Translations under genes and position numbers: made by a program
In this document: in pieces, positions 10,001 through 18,797 of the stretch
Layout of the letters: the number at the start of each line of letters is the position of its first letter
Numbering within the stretch: position 1 is the first letter of the stretch
The notes under the pieces: generated by a model
What the model saw: the letters and a program-made list of their open reading frames with translations, nothing else
Told to the model about the DNA's origin: nothing
Database searches by the model: none
Virus record (IMG/VR): IMGVR_UViG_3300032268_000694
Span: 55,276-119,275 of that record
From: a virus
Reading direction: 5' to 3' (one strand)
DNA length: 64,000 nucleotides

Positions 10001-10104
10001 TTAAATACGAAAAGCTAAACGCTTTGTTAATTGAAGGATTTAAAGAACAACAATTGCAAATTGAAGAATTAAAAGAATTAGTAAATCAATTATTAAATAA
10101 ATAA
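7006..10104 (+). CDS. Long tail fibre with a C-terminal peptidase S74 intramolecular chaperone
   Basis: Gly/Ser/Thr repeats; GEIRATNDVTAFYSSDKRLKEDI...GVIAQE...V.YEKL..LLIE..KE coiled coil. Confidence 0.85.
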   Translation: MSTIYVDNILPYSGNSVFISGSVSSLTASFAETASFAPDYTLSSSFLNYTGSTNTRISNLEAFSSSLDAAFATDAQLNTATASLSGSISALSSSFLSYTSSQKAINNTLATTGSNSFIGSQNVTGSINISGSIVVTDTITAQKLVVQTITSSVNFVTGSTKFGTIVSNTHDFTGSVSVSGSLAVNGSNVILTNQTSSISAATASFASTASLALTASYILNAVSASYAMSSSFATSASYAESASYALSSSAAVSSSYAISASYALSSSAAVSSSYAISASYALSSSAAVSASYADSASYAMSSSVAVSASYATTASYADSASYAMSSSVAVSASYATTASYADSASIAVSSSQSLTASHLTPVTNLYVNEIYPTTGNSANRIFTENQNTGFGGIGDTVIYTSLFDINLYPGAGTRAVKVTGSLGVSNGITGSLFGTASFASFAPSASFADNANLLNGLDSSTFASTASFQNYTSSTDANISSINTATASLNASVASLNAQTSSLLSYTASLNGFSASILSYTSSQNILNGTFATTGSNTFTGIQTINNNLQVTGSISVTSNITAIGTITAQTLVVQTITSSVNFVTGSTKFGTISANTHQFTGSVSITGSLNVNGPLTATSLTGSLGGSNIVDASIANTKLTNSSVTINGTSLSLGGTLTQAQTIAGAFSGSAQVDHNATTNYVANQHIDHTTVSVSAGSGLSGGGTIAATRTLTLDTGSVHFLDGVKKELNTEGVVSSSAQIDHNATTNYVANRHIDHTAVTITAGSGLSGGGDISTTRTLSIATSGVTDAMLAGSISNAKLTNSTISGIALGSNLATLTIGTGLSGTSYNGSGAVTIANTGVTSNVASTGISVSGATGAVTITNTGVTSAVAGTGVGVSGATGAVTISIGQAVGTGANVQFNSLGVGTAASATAGEIRATNDVTAFYSSDKRLKEDITVIKNPIEKLMAIKGVTFNWKEGFNDIHSHTGADTGVIAQEIEALELPGTVTTRDNGYKAVKYEKLNALLIEGFKEQQLQIEELKELVNQLLNK
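7726..8040 (+). repeat. Intragenic tandem repeats: 3 x 54 bp then 2 x 72 bp (multiples of an 18-bp SASYAx unit)
   Basis: Units start at 7726, 7780, 7834 (54 bp; third is a variant) and 7888, 7960 (72 bp, identical); all begin agtgcttcatacgc. Confidence 0.9.
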
Positions 10105-10107
10105 GTT

Positions 10108-10635
10108 ATGGGATTTGTAATTAAACAACCCATTGAGACTAATCAGGGGTTGTTAACAGAAGCGTATGCTAGGATTGAAATGTACAGAGTAGATATGTTC
10201 TATGGTTTACTGCATACTACTGTAGCTATGTATCCTAGTAGACAGGTTGCAAAAGATACATTTCCTGTATATTTTGGAGAAGTAAATCCTCATCCTTCTC
10301 AAATTGTAGGAGTAAGTATAGTGTATAATGGAGAAGAAATAGAATATCCAACCTATTTTGAGTTTCCTATGGTAGATCCTGTTGAAATTGAAATACCTAT
10401 ATATGAAGATGTTGTTAAAAGTAAAGTAAGTAAATACTATGATTTTGATGATAACGGAGAAATTATAGAAAAAACAAGAGAGGAAGAAACTAAAACAACA
10501 ATTCAAACAGGAACACAAACTATAACTAAACAAAAAATAAATGTAAATAAAGAAAACGTTTATTCTTTTGCTTATGATTTAGTTAAAAAAGAATTTGGTA
10601 AAATATTTGGTGACGAAAACATAATAGACGAATAA
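10108..10635 (+). CDS. Hypothetical fibre-associated protein
   Basis: 175 aa directly after the S74 fibre; acidic; Y..AY...K..FG C-terminus. Confidence 0.6.
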   Translation: MGFVIKQPIETNQGLLTEAYARIEMYRVDMFYGLLHTTVAMYPSRQVAKDTFPVYFGEVNPHPSQIVGVSIVYNGEEIEYPTYFEFPMVDPVEIEIPIYEDVVKSKVSKYYDFDDNGEIIEKTREEETKTTIQTGTQTITKQKINVNKENVYSFAYDLVKKEFGKIFGDENIIDE

Positions 10636-11126
10636 TGGGTATAAGTACACAAGGCGCTACTAACGTTTCTCTTAACACGGCTGCTACATACGTTGGTGCT
10701 TCACCAAAATCTTTGCGTACTGTTGGGGGTAAAACATTCCCTAGATATGATACTGGAGCTGCAAGCATGGGTACAATGCTCCAAAGTACTAGTTTATTTC
10801 AAGTTATTGTTTATAGTAGTAATACATCACAAGGAACAGTAAGTATTACTTATCCTTTTAGTGTAAGTGGCGATGGTGCTGGGGCTAATCACTTTGTAGT
10901 TTCTAAAACATATGCTTACATTACTATTGTAGCAACATCAATTTATCCTTATTATTTTAGAAGGTGGGCTACCACATCCGGTGGCGTAACACCAATTTTA
11001 ACAGGTGGTACCACAACTGGTGATAACCAACCTTTTGGTACTGCTGCATCTCCAATTGTTTATTCATATAACTTCAATACTACCGACGCGGCTAGTTATA
11101 CCACAATTTATGCGGTATTCTCATAA
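10635..11126 (+). CDS. Small beta-rich virion protein, possible adhesin / fibre tip
   Basis: Thr/Ser/Gly/Tyr-rich; ends TIYAVFS; coupled to the upstream gene by TAATG. Confidence 0.5.
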   Translation: MGISTQGATNVSLNTAATYVGASPKSLRTVGGKTFPRYDTGAASMGTMLQSTSLFQVIVYSSNTSQGTVSITYPFSVSGDGAGANHFVVSKTYAYITIVATSIYPYYFRRWATTSGGVTPILTGGTTTGDNQPFGTAASPIVYSYNFNTTDAASYTTIYAVFS

Positions 11127-11146
11127 TATTTATTGCAAAATAAGTT

Positions 11147-12019
11147 ATGAATGTTATATGGTGTGCTGAACACATTCAGTTCTATTCTAATCTAGAAAAA
11201 GCATTTTTGTATACTTCCATCCTAACATGGAAGCATTTTTATCCTCATCACACCACTAATTTATATTGTGATAATCACAGTGAAGCCATCATTAGAAATA
11301 TAGGTATTATTGATCTGTGGGATAATGTTAATACAGAAATATTAAATAAAAAGCTATATACATTTAATGAAAATGCATTTTGGGCTTCATCAAAATTAAA
11401 GGTTATAAATGAACTTACAGCTCCCTTTGTTATAATAGACTTAGATTTATTTATTAAACAAAAATTTATTCCTGAAGATTATTGGCAGCAAGATATTGTT
11501 GGTAACTTTATGGAAGTAACCTCTCACCATTATATAGAACCATATAAGATTAGAAAATACATGGCTCTACCCGAATATGATTGGGATGATAAAGCTATTA
11601 ACGTTGCATTTTTATATATTAATAATGAGAAATTAAGGGCGGAATACGCTCAAACGGCTCTAGATTGGATGACTACTATGACAGAAAAAGGAGGCGTTAT
11701 TAACGGCCTTAATATGGTTTTTTGCGAACAAAAATTATTATGGCAATTAGTAAAGCAACATAATTTAAACCATAAATTTTTATTTAATGAAACATTAGTA
11801 TGTTGGAAAGACCAATGGATAGAAAACGGATTAGGTTTATATCCTAAAAAAAATGAATATGAATATGCAGCTCATTTTGGTCCTGATAAACGAAGAGCAT
11901 TTGATGATAGTAATGGATATTATGTTGAATGCAAGCAAAATGTATTAGAGGTATTTTTTAAATATTTCCCTCATTTAAGTATAAATGTATTAAATTTATT
12001 AGAAGCAGGCTATGTTTAA
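11147..12019 (+). CDS. Putative GT-A fold glycosyltransferase-like protein
   Basis: WA..KL......PFVIIDLDLF (DxD), N.AFL and EQ..L motifs. Confidence 0.55.
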   Translation: MNVIWCAEHIQFYSNLEKAFLYTSILTWKHFYPHHTTNLYCDNHSEAIIRNIGIIDLWDNVNTEILNKKLYTFNENAFWASSKLKVINELTAPFVIIDLDLFIKQKFIPEDYWQQDIVGNFMEVTSHHYIEPYKIRKYMALPEYDWDDKAINVAFLYINNEKLRAEYAQTALDWMTTMTEKGGVINGLNMVFCEQKLLWQLVKQHNLNHKFLFNETLVCWKDQWIENGLGLYPKKNEYEYAAHFGPDKRRAFDDSNGYYVECKQNVLEVFFKYFPHLSINVLNLLEAGYV

Positions 12020-12734
12020 TCAAAACTACATAAAAACTCACCTAACAAATAATCTAGATTCCCCAGTACCTTATAGATGGACACATGGTGCAACTGATCT
12101 TCATTTAGGAGATGGATTAATAGTTTATTCTATTATTCAACAAATGAGAGCCAAAAATTGTGTTTGTATAGGATCAGGAGGTGGATTTATTCCTCGCTTA
12201 ATGACACAAGCTAGATATGATTTACACCAGCAAGGTATATTTGAGGGTAATTCTGACTACAATTGGGGAGATATAGGTGCTACCTACGTTGTGGATGCTT
12301 GTAATGGAATTGGGGGACCTAATGATTTAGAAAATAAAGATTCATTTTATAGAAAGTCATTCCAACCACGCTTTATTAAATCAACCTCAGAAAAAGCATA
12401 TTACGATTTTTTTGTTATTCAAGACATTAAAATAGATGTTTTGTTTATTGATGGTGATCATTCATATGAAGGTGTTAAATTAGATTTTGAATTATATTCT
12501 AAAATAATGTCACCTAAAGGTATCATATTAATACATGATACTGATGGTGAATATGAAGAATCATTAATCATTTCAGAAGATGCTAAAAAAGATCACCATC
12601 GTTTTGATGGTCCTTCCCATTTAATTAAAGAACTTCAACAAAATCCTGAATGGAATTTGGTAAATTTATTTAATTTTCGTATATTGAGTGATAAACCGTC
12701 ATCAAGTGGTATAACAATAGTTAATAGGAAATGA
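12012..12734 (+). CDS. Class I SAM-dependent methyltransferase (Methyltransf_24-like)
   Basis: IGSGGG motif I; IDVLFIDGDHSYEGV...G.ILIHD. Confidence 0.85.
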   Translation: MFNQNYIKTHLTNNLDSPVPYRWTHGATDLHLGDGLIVYSIIQQMRAKNCVCIGSGGGFIPRLMTQARYDLHQQGIFEGNSDYNWGDIGATYVVDACNGIGGPNDLENKDSFYRKSFQPRFIKSTSEKAYYDFFVIQDIKIDVLFIDGDHSYEGVKLDFELYSKIMSPKGIILIHDTDGEYEESLIISEDAKKDHHRFDGPSHLIKELQQNPEWNLVNLFNFRILSDKPSSSGITIVNRK

Positions 12735-13570
12735 TAAGATTAGTTACAGTAACAGGTTCTCGCACCAATACACTTTGGCACATGCTAAACTACTATAAAG
12801 ATAGAGTTGACGAAATTTATGTAGTAGTGTATGAATGGGATGGATTTAGTACATATGATGATGTATTAGCTATTACAAAACAATTTCCAAACGTTCGTAT
12901 TATAGATAGAGTAGTAGCAGAGAAATATAATTGGGAAATGGTTACTACATTATACAACAAAACTAAAATGTTACATCCTAATGATTGGTGGGTTGTAGCC
13001 GATGACGATGAATTTCATAAGTATTCAAAAGATTTGTATGAAATAGTAAGTGATTGTAATGAAAATGGATGGGAATTAGTTAGAGGTGGGTTTATTGACA
13101 GAATAGGAGAAAATGGAACTTTCCCTAAAATTGATAATGATGAAGATATATTTGAACAATTTCCTTTAGCTGGATTTTTTAGATACCCATTAAGTGGTGC
13201 TTGTCCAAATAAAATTTGTATATTAAAAGGGCATATAGAACTAACACCAGGACAACACTATGCAAAAATAGATGGACATACAACATGGAAATGGCAAGGG
13301 TGGAATCATCCATTAATTGCTCCTGTTGATGAATATAATGTTCAAGTCCATCATTTTAAGTGGGACAGCACATGTATAGAAAGAATAAAAGCAGTAGCAG
13401 ACATAAAACAATTATACTCATACTCAGATGAATATAAAAAAATGTATCAATCATTACGAAGTAATAACTTTGAAATTGATATTACTGATAGTAGGTTTAT
13501 GATTGAACATGCTGGTTTTTGGGGATATAATCAATGGAATAAATTATTTAAAATAATATTATCAATATGA
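12731..13570 (+). CDS. Glycosyltransferase family 2-like protein
   Basis: DWWVVADDDEF DxD motif; GQH and VHHFKW motifs. Confidence 0.7.
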   Translation: MIRLVTVTGSRTNTLWHMLNYYKDRVDEIYVVVYEWDGFSTYDDVLAITKQFPNVRIIDRVVAEKYNWEMVTTLYNKTKMLHPNDWWVVADDDEFHKYSKDLYEIVSDCNENGWELVRGGFIDRIGENGTFPKIDNDEDIFEQFPLAGFFRYPLSGACPNKICILKGHIELTPGQHYAKIDGHTTWKWQGWNHPLIAPVDEYNVQVHHFKWDSTCIERIKAVADIKQLYSYSDEYKKMYQSLRSNNFEIDITDSRFMIEHAGFWGYNQWNKLFKIILSI

Positions 13571-13764
13571 CAAAAGAAGAAAAAGAAAAAGAACAATTAG
13601 TTCTTGAACAACGTAAAGTTAAAGCATTAGAAAAAATTGCTACTACATTAGATGCACTCACTATTTGGTTTGAAGAAATTAATAAGGATGAATGGAGTGA
13701 TAGAATTCAATACTACTTAGCTGAATGGCATGAATCCTCTGTAAAGAAAAAAGATAGTGAATAA
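13567..13764 (+). CDS. Hypothetical small protein
   Basis: 65 aa, overlapping its neighbours. Confidence 0.55.
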   Translation: MTKEEKEKEQLVLEQRKVKALEKIATTLDALTIWFEEINKDEWSDRIQYYLAEWHESSVKKKDSE

Positions 13765-15163
13765 ATTAGGTGTAATAGTACCTTATAGAAATAGATATGA
13801 ACAACTAATTACGTTTAAAGAATCTATTACAAAGTATCTTGAATCTAAAAATATAGACTTTGAATTAATCATAGTTGATCAAGATAATGCTAAACTTTTT
13901 AATAGAGGTATGTTACTTAATATTGGATTTAAGTATGCTAAAAAATTTGAATGTAATTATGTTGTTTTTCATGATATAGATATGCTACCAATAGATGTAG
14001 ACTATTCATATTCTGAGGTACCGTTACATATGGCTACAAATTTTATAGTAGAGGAAGGAGAAAAAGAAAGAAGTTTATTTGATACCTACTTTGGTGGAGT
14101 TACAATGTTCCCCACAGAACAATTTGAACAAATTGATGGATATTCTAACAAATACTGGGGTTGGGGATATGAAGATAATGATTTATTATTAAGATGTGAA
14201 GAAAAGTTTGTACAACTAGACACATTAAAAATAAAAAATTTAGGAAGAAAAGGAAAAGCATTAAAGTTTAATGGGGTAAATGCATATGTTAAAGTAAAAA
14301 ACAATATAGATTTTAGATCTAATGCTACTTTTTTTATATCTTTTCACCCTGATAATTTAGAGCTAAATCATTTAAAGGAATCTGATGAATTCACATCTTT
14401 TAGTATTCCTGGATATGATTTTGCTGTTTGTTATAGTTCTTTTTCAAGATATAATTTTTGTGCCTTTGATAGTGAATTAAATGCATTGTATGTAAATTCT
14501 AATATCAAAACCAACTATAAAACTAATTTAACTATAACTTTAGATGTATTAGATAATATATTTAGAGTTTATCAAGATGGAATTTTTATAGGACAAACAC
14601 CAAACTACAAAAAATTATACAAATACCAAAAAGAACCATTCTTTTATTTAGGTGTAGGCAAACCAGATAGAGAAATAATACCAAATTTTTTTAAAGGTTA
14701 TATAGATTCATTTGCATATTATAATAAAATATTAACAGATAGTGAAATACTAGAAATTTCAAATAACAATCAAGACCTAAAAAAATACAAATCATCAGAT
14801 GATTTAAAGTTATATTATGATGCAAATTATATATATGAATATAAATTAACTGATTTATCTGGAAATGATAATAGAGGTGAAATTATTAATTGTGAGATAG
14901 TTGATTATGAATTTGATGATTATAAAGAAGTTAAAATACCATATAGAAAAAATTCTTTATTTCAATCATTAAAACATGAAGAAAATGGTTTTTTAGGAAA
15001 TAAATGGAAAGATAAATCAACTCGTTGGAATCAATTAAGATTTCAAAATGAAGTGTCAAATCATATATCATTAATAAACAGAGATGGATTATCAACCTTA
15101 GAATTTATTGAATACGGCGTTATTAAAGATAAAAATATTACACACGTTAATGTAGGAATATGA
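13757..15163 (+). CDS. GT7 (beta-1,4-galactosyltransferase-like) glycosyltransferase with an inserted LamG/ConA-like domain
   Basis: IVPYRNR, FNRGMLLNIG, FHDIDMLP, YFGGV, GYSNKYWGWGYEDNDL and terminal DGLSTL; LamG motifs ALKFNG, FKGYID..AYYNKILT..EI and DLSGN. Confidence 0.85.
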   Translation: MNKLGVIVPYRNRYEQLITFKESITKYLESKNIDFELIIVDQDNAKLFNRGMLLNIGFKYAKKFECNYVVFHDIDMLPIDVDYSYSEVPLHMATNFIVEEGEKERSLFDTYFGGVTMFPTEQFEQIDGYSNKYWGWGYEDNDLLLRCEEKFVQLDTLKIKNLGRKGKALKFNGVNAYVKVKNNIDFRSNATFFISFHPDNLELNHLKESDEFTSFSIPGYDFAVCYSSFSRYNFCAFDSELNALYVNSNIKTNYKTNLTITLDVLDNIFRVYQDGIFIGQTPNYKKLYKYQKEPFFYLGVGKPDREIIPNFFKGYIDSFAYYNKILTDSEILEISNNNQDLKKYKSSDDLKLYYDANYIYEYKLTDLSGNDNRGEIINCEIVDYEFDDYKEVKIPYRKNSLFQSLKHEENGFLGNKWKDKSTRWNQLRFQNEVSNHISLINRDGLSTLEFIEYGVIKDKNITHVNVGI

Positions 15164-16593
15164 AACTAGGAGTATGCGTGCCCTATAGAAATAGAGAAGC
15201 ACATTTAAAAGAATTTATACCCCGCGTAGGAAAATTCCTACAAGATAAAGGCATAGAATATAAAATGTATTTTGGCCATCAGGTAGATGATAAACTGTTT
15301 AATAGAGGTGCTATGAAAAACGTAGCTGCAGAACAAGCCTTTAAAGATGGCTGTGATTATATTGTGTGGCATGATATTGATATGATTCCTGAAGATGAAC
15401 ATTGTGATTACTCATTCCCAGAAAATGACCCTAGACATATTGCTGTTTATATTTCAAAAACAGATTACCATTTAAAATATGCTGACTACTTTGGTGGTGC
15501 TGTTATATTCAGTAAAGAACAAGTAGAAAGAACAAATGGTTACTCTAATGGATATTGGGATTGGGGAATGGAGGATGATGATTTATTTTGGAGATGTGTA
15601 TTAGAAGGATATGCTGATGTAAATTACATGAATTATAACCAAACAAAACCCTTTTTAAGGTTTAATGGTGATGATTCTTATGTAAAAATCCCATCAAGCC
15701 CTACATTAAACCACCTTACTCATAAAGACCATACTGTGTCTGTATTAGTTAGATCCTACCACCAACAAGAAAAAATGCCTATTTACTTGATAGGGGCTGA
15801 AGATAAACAATTTGTTGAATATCCGATATTTAGAAGACCCGGATATGATTGTGGTATATCATATAACAATTCACGAGCATACACAGTAATGCTTTGGGAT
15901 ATGTGGAATAAACCTATCTACCAATGGATGAAACGATACGAAAATCAATGGACTTGGGTTACTTATTCTGTTGATGTTTATAATAAACAAATACATGTTT
16001 ACATAAACGGGATTGAATCTGAAGTATCATCTGGTACTGGAACCGACTCCCCTGCTTCATATGAAGGTGGATTAAAAAAATACAACAATGTTGATTACTA
16101 TCTAGGCATGTCCCCATCATCTAATGATGATAGTCCATCTAAGTACTTTAAAGGAGACATGGCTAAACTAATGGTGTGGGATAGGTGTTTAAGCAAAGAA
16201 GAAATATTATCTTCATTTAACAATACGATAGATAGTTTAGTACTTGACTATGATTTTAGTCATGATAAACTATTAAAAGATCAAACGGGAAATAATAATA
16301 ATGGTTTGGTAGTTAATTGTGAAAAACTGGAAGAGAATATTAAAGTACCATATACAATTGCTCCACACAGAACACCAGGAAGAATGGAATGTTTGGATCA
16401 CGTTGATGAGGGATTTGTGGATGGTAAGTGGGCTAAAGGTGAAACAACAGCTAAAAATGAATACCGCTATATTATGGGTATGCAACAAGGTAAGATAAAC
16501 CATAAAACTGATGGGATGAATACCTTAAAGTATACTCTGGTTAGTAAAGAAGAAATAGCAGATAACTGCTTTATGTTAAATGTAATACTATAA
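15160..16593 (+). CDS. Second GT7 glycosyltransferase with an inserted LamG/ConA-like domain
   Basis: VPYRNR, FNRG, HDIDMIP, YFGG, NGYSNGYWDWGMEDDDL and DGMNTLKY; LamG motifs LRFNGDDSYV, FKGDM....VWDR.LS.EEI and DQTGNNNNG. Confidence 0.85.
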   Translation: MKLGVCVPYRNREAHLKEFIPRVGKFLQDKGIEYKMYFGHQVDDKLFNRGAMKNVAAEQAFKDGCDYIVWHDIDMIPEDEHCDYSFPENDPRHIAVYISKTDYHLKYADYFGGAVIFSKEQVERTNGYSNGYWDWGMEDDDLFWRCVLEGYADVNYMNYNQTKPFLRFNGDDSYVKIPSSPTLNHLTHKDHTVSVLVRSYHQQEKMPIYLIGAEDKQFVEYPIFRRPGYDCGISYNNSRAYTVMLWDMWNKPIYQWMKRYENQWTWVTYSVDVYNKQIHVYINGIESEVSSGTGTDSPASYEGGLKKYNNVDYYLGMSPSSNDDSPSKYFKGDMAKLMVWDRCLSKEEILSSFNNTIDSLVLDYDFSHDKLLKDQTGNNNNGLVVNCEKLEENIKVPYTIAPHRTPGRMECLDHVDEGFVDGKWAKGETTAKNEYRYIMGMQQGKINHKTDGMNTLKYTLVSKEEIADNCFMLNVIL

Positions 16594-16595
16594 TA

Positions 16596-18008
16596 ATGTC
16601 AGATAAAAATGCTTTTGAAAACCCGTTTTATGTAAGGGTAAAGGATGAACTAGATAGTGTTGGTAAAGGAATGTGTTTAGCAAAATGGACACAAGTAACC
16701 CTACAACTCCAAACAGGACATAATCACTCTTGTCACCATCCAGCAACACATAAAATATCAGAACAAGAAATTGTTCGCAATCCTTCATCACTACACAATA
16801 CTCGATTTAAGAAATTAAAGAGAAAAGAAATGTTAGAAGGACAAAGACCAACAGAATGTGATTATTGTTGGAATGTGGAAGATAGTTCTGATAGATTTAG
16901 TGATAGAGTATTCAAATCAGGAGAAAGTTGGTCATACCCTTTTAAAGATGAAATTATTAATTCTGATTGGAGAGCTGATTACAATCCAAAATATGTTGAA
17001 GTAGCATTTAGCAATGCTTGTAACTTTAAATGTTCATATTGTGGTCCTGCTTTTAGTTCTAAGTGGGTAGAAGAAATAGAAAAGCATGGTGGTTATCCAA
17101 CAACAGATAATTTTAACGATATTAGTTGGATGGTTAGAGAAAATAAAATGCCTATTAAACATAGTGACCCTAACCCATATGTAGATGCTTTTTGGAAATG
17201 GTGGCCTGAATTATATAGAGATTTACACACATTTAGAATTACAGGTGGTGAACCTTTATTAAATAAAGATACTTGGGATGTATTAGATTATATCATCAAT
17301 GAACCAAATCCAAATAAAGAATTAAAATTAGCAATTAACTCTAATTTAGGGGTACCTGATAAATTAATAGATAGATTAATTGAAAAAATTAAAAAAATTG
17401 AAGATGGTAATAAAGTAAAAGAACTAATTATATTTACTTCTGCTGATACTTGGGGAGAACAAGCTGAATATATTAGAACAGGTTTAGAATTTAATAGATT
17501 TTGGAATAACGTAAACAAAATATTAGAAGAATGTCCTAGAGTTATCATAACATTTATGGCTACATATAATGCTTTAAGTGTATTTAATTATTCTAAACTA
17601 ATATCTGAAGTATATGATCTTAAAAGAATATATGGTAATACAGACAGGTATTGGAATTCAGCAACATTTTTAGATACATCATATTTAAGATATCCAACCC
17701 ATCAAACAGTAAAAGTTTTGCCACATCAATTTTCTCAAAATATTTTGGATCAAGTAAAATTAATTTCTTATCAATCAATCCCATCATTTGATTCTAGAAA
17801 TATAGGATACAGTGATATTGAAGTACAAAAAATTAAAAGAATCTATGATTGGATGCTATCACCTCAGGATACAGCTGAACAAATGAGAAATAGATACAAC
17901 TTTTATCAATATTTTTCAAATCATGATTTAAGAAGAGGAACTAATTTTGTAAAAACATTTCCTGAATTAGAAGAATTTTATAACTTCTGTAAAACAATTC
18001 AATTATGA
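16596..18008 (+). CDS. Radical SAM protein with an N-terminal twitch/SPASM-like Cys cluster
   Basis: CNFKCSYC (CX3CX2C) and ITGGEPLL; N-terminal CLAKW..SCHHP..CDYCW. Confidence 0.85.
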   Translation: MSDKNAFENPFYVRVKDELDSVGKGMCLAKWTQVTLQLQTGHNHSCHHPATHKISEQEIVRNPSSLHNTRFKKLKRKEMLEGQRPTECDYCWNVEDSSDRFSDRVFKSGESWSYPFKDEIINSDWRADYNPKYVEVAFSNACNFKCSYCGPAFSSKWVEEIEKHGGYPTTDNFNDISWMVRENKMPIKHSDPNPYVDAFWKWWPELYRDLHTFRITGGEPLLNKDTWDVLDYIINEPNPNKELKLAINSNLGVPDKLIDRLIEKIKKIEDGNKVKELIIFTSADTWGEQAEYIRTGLEFNRFWNNVNKILEECPRVIITFMATYNALSVFNYSKLISEVYDLKRIYGNTDRYWNSATFLDTSYLRYPTHQTVKVLPHQFSQNILDQVKLISYQSIPSFDSRNIGYSDIEVQKIKRIYDWMLSPQDTAEQMRNRYNFYQYFSNHDLRRGTNFVKTFPELEEFYNFCKTIQL

Positions 18009-18796
18009 GTATAATAACGAATAGATCTAACATATATATAATGTCTCCCGCTACTAAATATGGAGATATATCTGCTGATTGGGGTTCTTTTATGGAAAAT
18101 GATTTTACAATATATATAAAATCAAAAATATTAGTAGATAGAATAGAAAAAAAAGCTCATCCTTTTATGCTTTCTAGAAATGGTAAACATGCTGGGCTTA
18201 GTACTTATAAGGATGATGAATCTAACATGCATATTACTTTTACATATTGGTTTTGGCAACTAAACCCTATTAAAGGACCTAGTGGAGATATTGAATATAA
18301 TAATCCAACCCCAATACAAAAAAGACTCAATTACTGCTTACTCCCAGAGGAAAAACACCAATTTAATGAGTATATAATAAAATGTAGTCATAAACAACAA
18401 AAAATGTGGTTTTACGTTAACGATGTTTTGATTGGTGAAATAGATTATAATGGATTAGATAAATGTTCTTATAAAGAATCATATATGTGGTTAGGATGTG
18501 GAAATATGGTTACTGAAAATGAAGATCATAAAAATGTAGGAGAGTATGAGCATGATTTGTTCTTTTGCCTAGATAAAAATATCAGTTTAGATGACATAAA
18601 AGATCTAAAGAAAAATTATAGAACTAAATATACTGGAGAATATTTTGGATTTCCTATTTTAAATGATAAAACTCCACATAAGGATAATATTTATTTTTTT
18701 CTAAATTTTGATCAAAAAACAGATTATAAAATATGGAATTTATGTTTTAATGGATGTTATGCCAATTTTTACATAGAAAATAATACAATGTTTTAA
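18005..18796 (+). CDS. Stand-alone LamG/ConA-like protein
   Basis: DFTIYIK, FYVND and MWLGCG beta-sandwich pattern similar to the inserts in the GT7 genes. Confidence 0.45.
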   Translation: MSIITNRSNIYIMSPATKYGDISADWGSFMENDFTIYIKSKILVDRIEKKAHPFMLSRNGKHAGLSTYKDDESNMHITFTYWFWQLNPIKGPSGDIEYNNPTPIQKRLNYCLLPEEKHQFNEYIIKCSHKQQKMWFYVNDVLIGEIDYNGLDKCSYKESYMWLGCGNMVTENEDHKNVGEYEHDLFFCLDKNISLDDIKDLKKNYRTKYTGEYFGFPILNDKTPHKDNIYFFLNFDQKTDYKIWNLCFNGCYANFYIENNTMF

Positions 18797-18797
18797 A

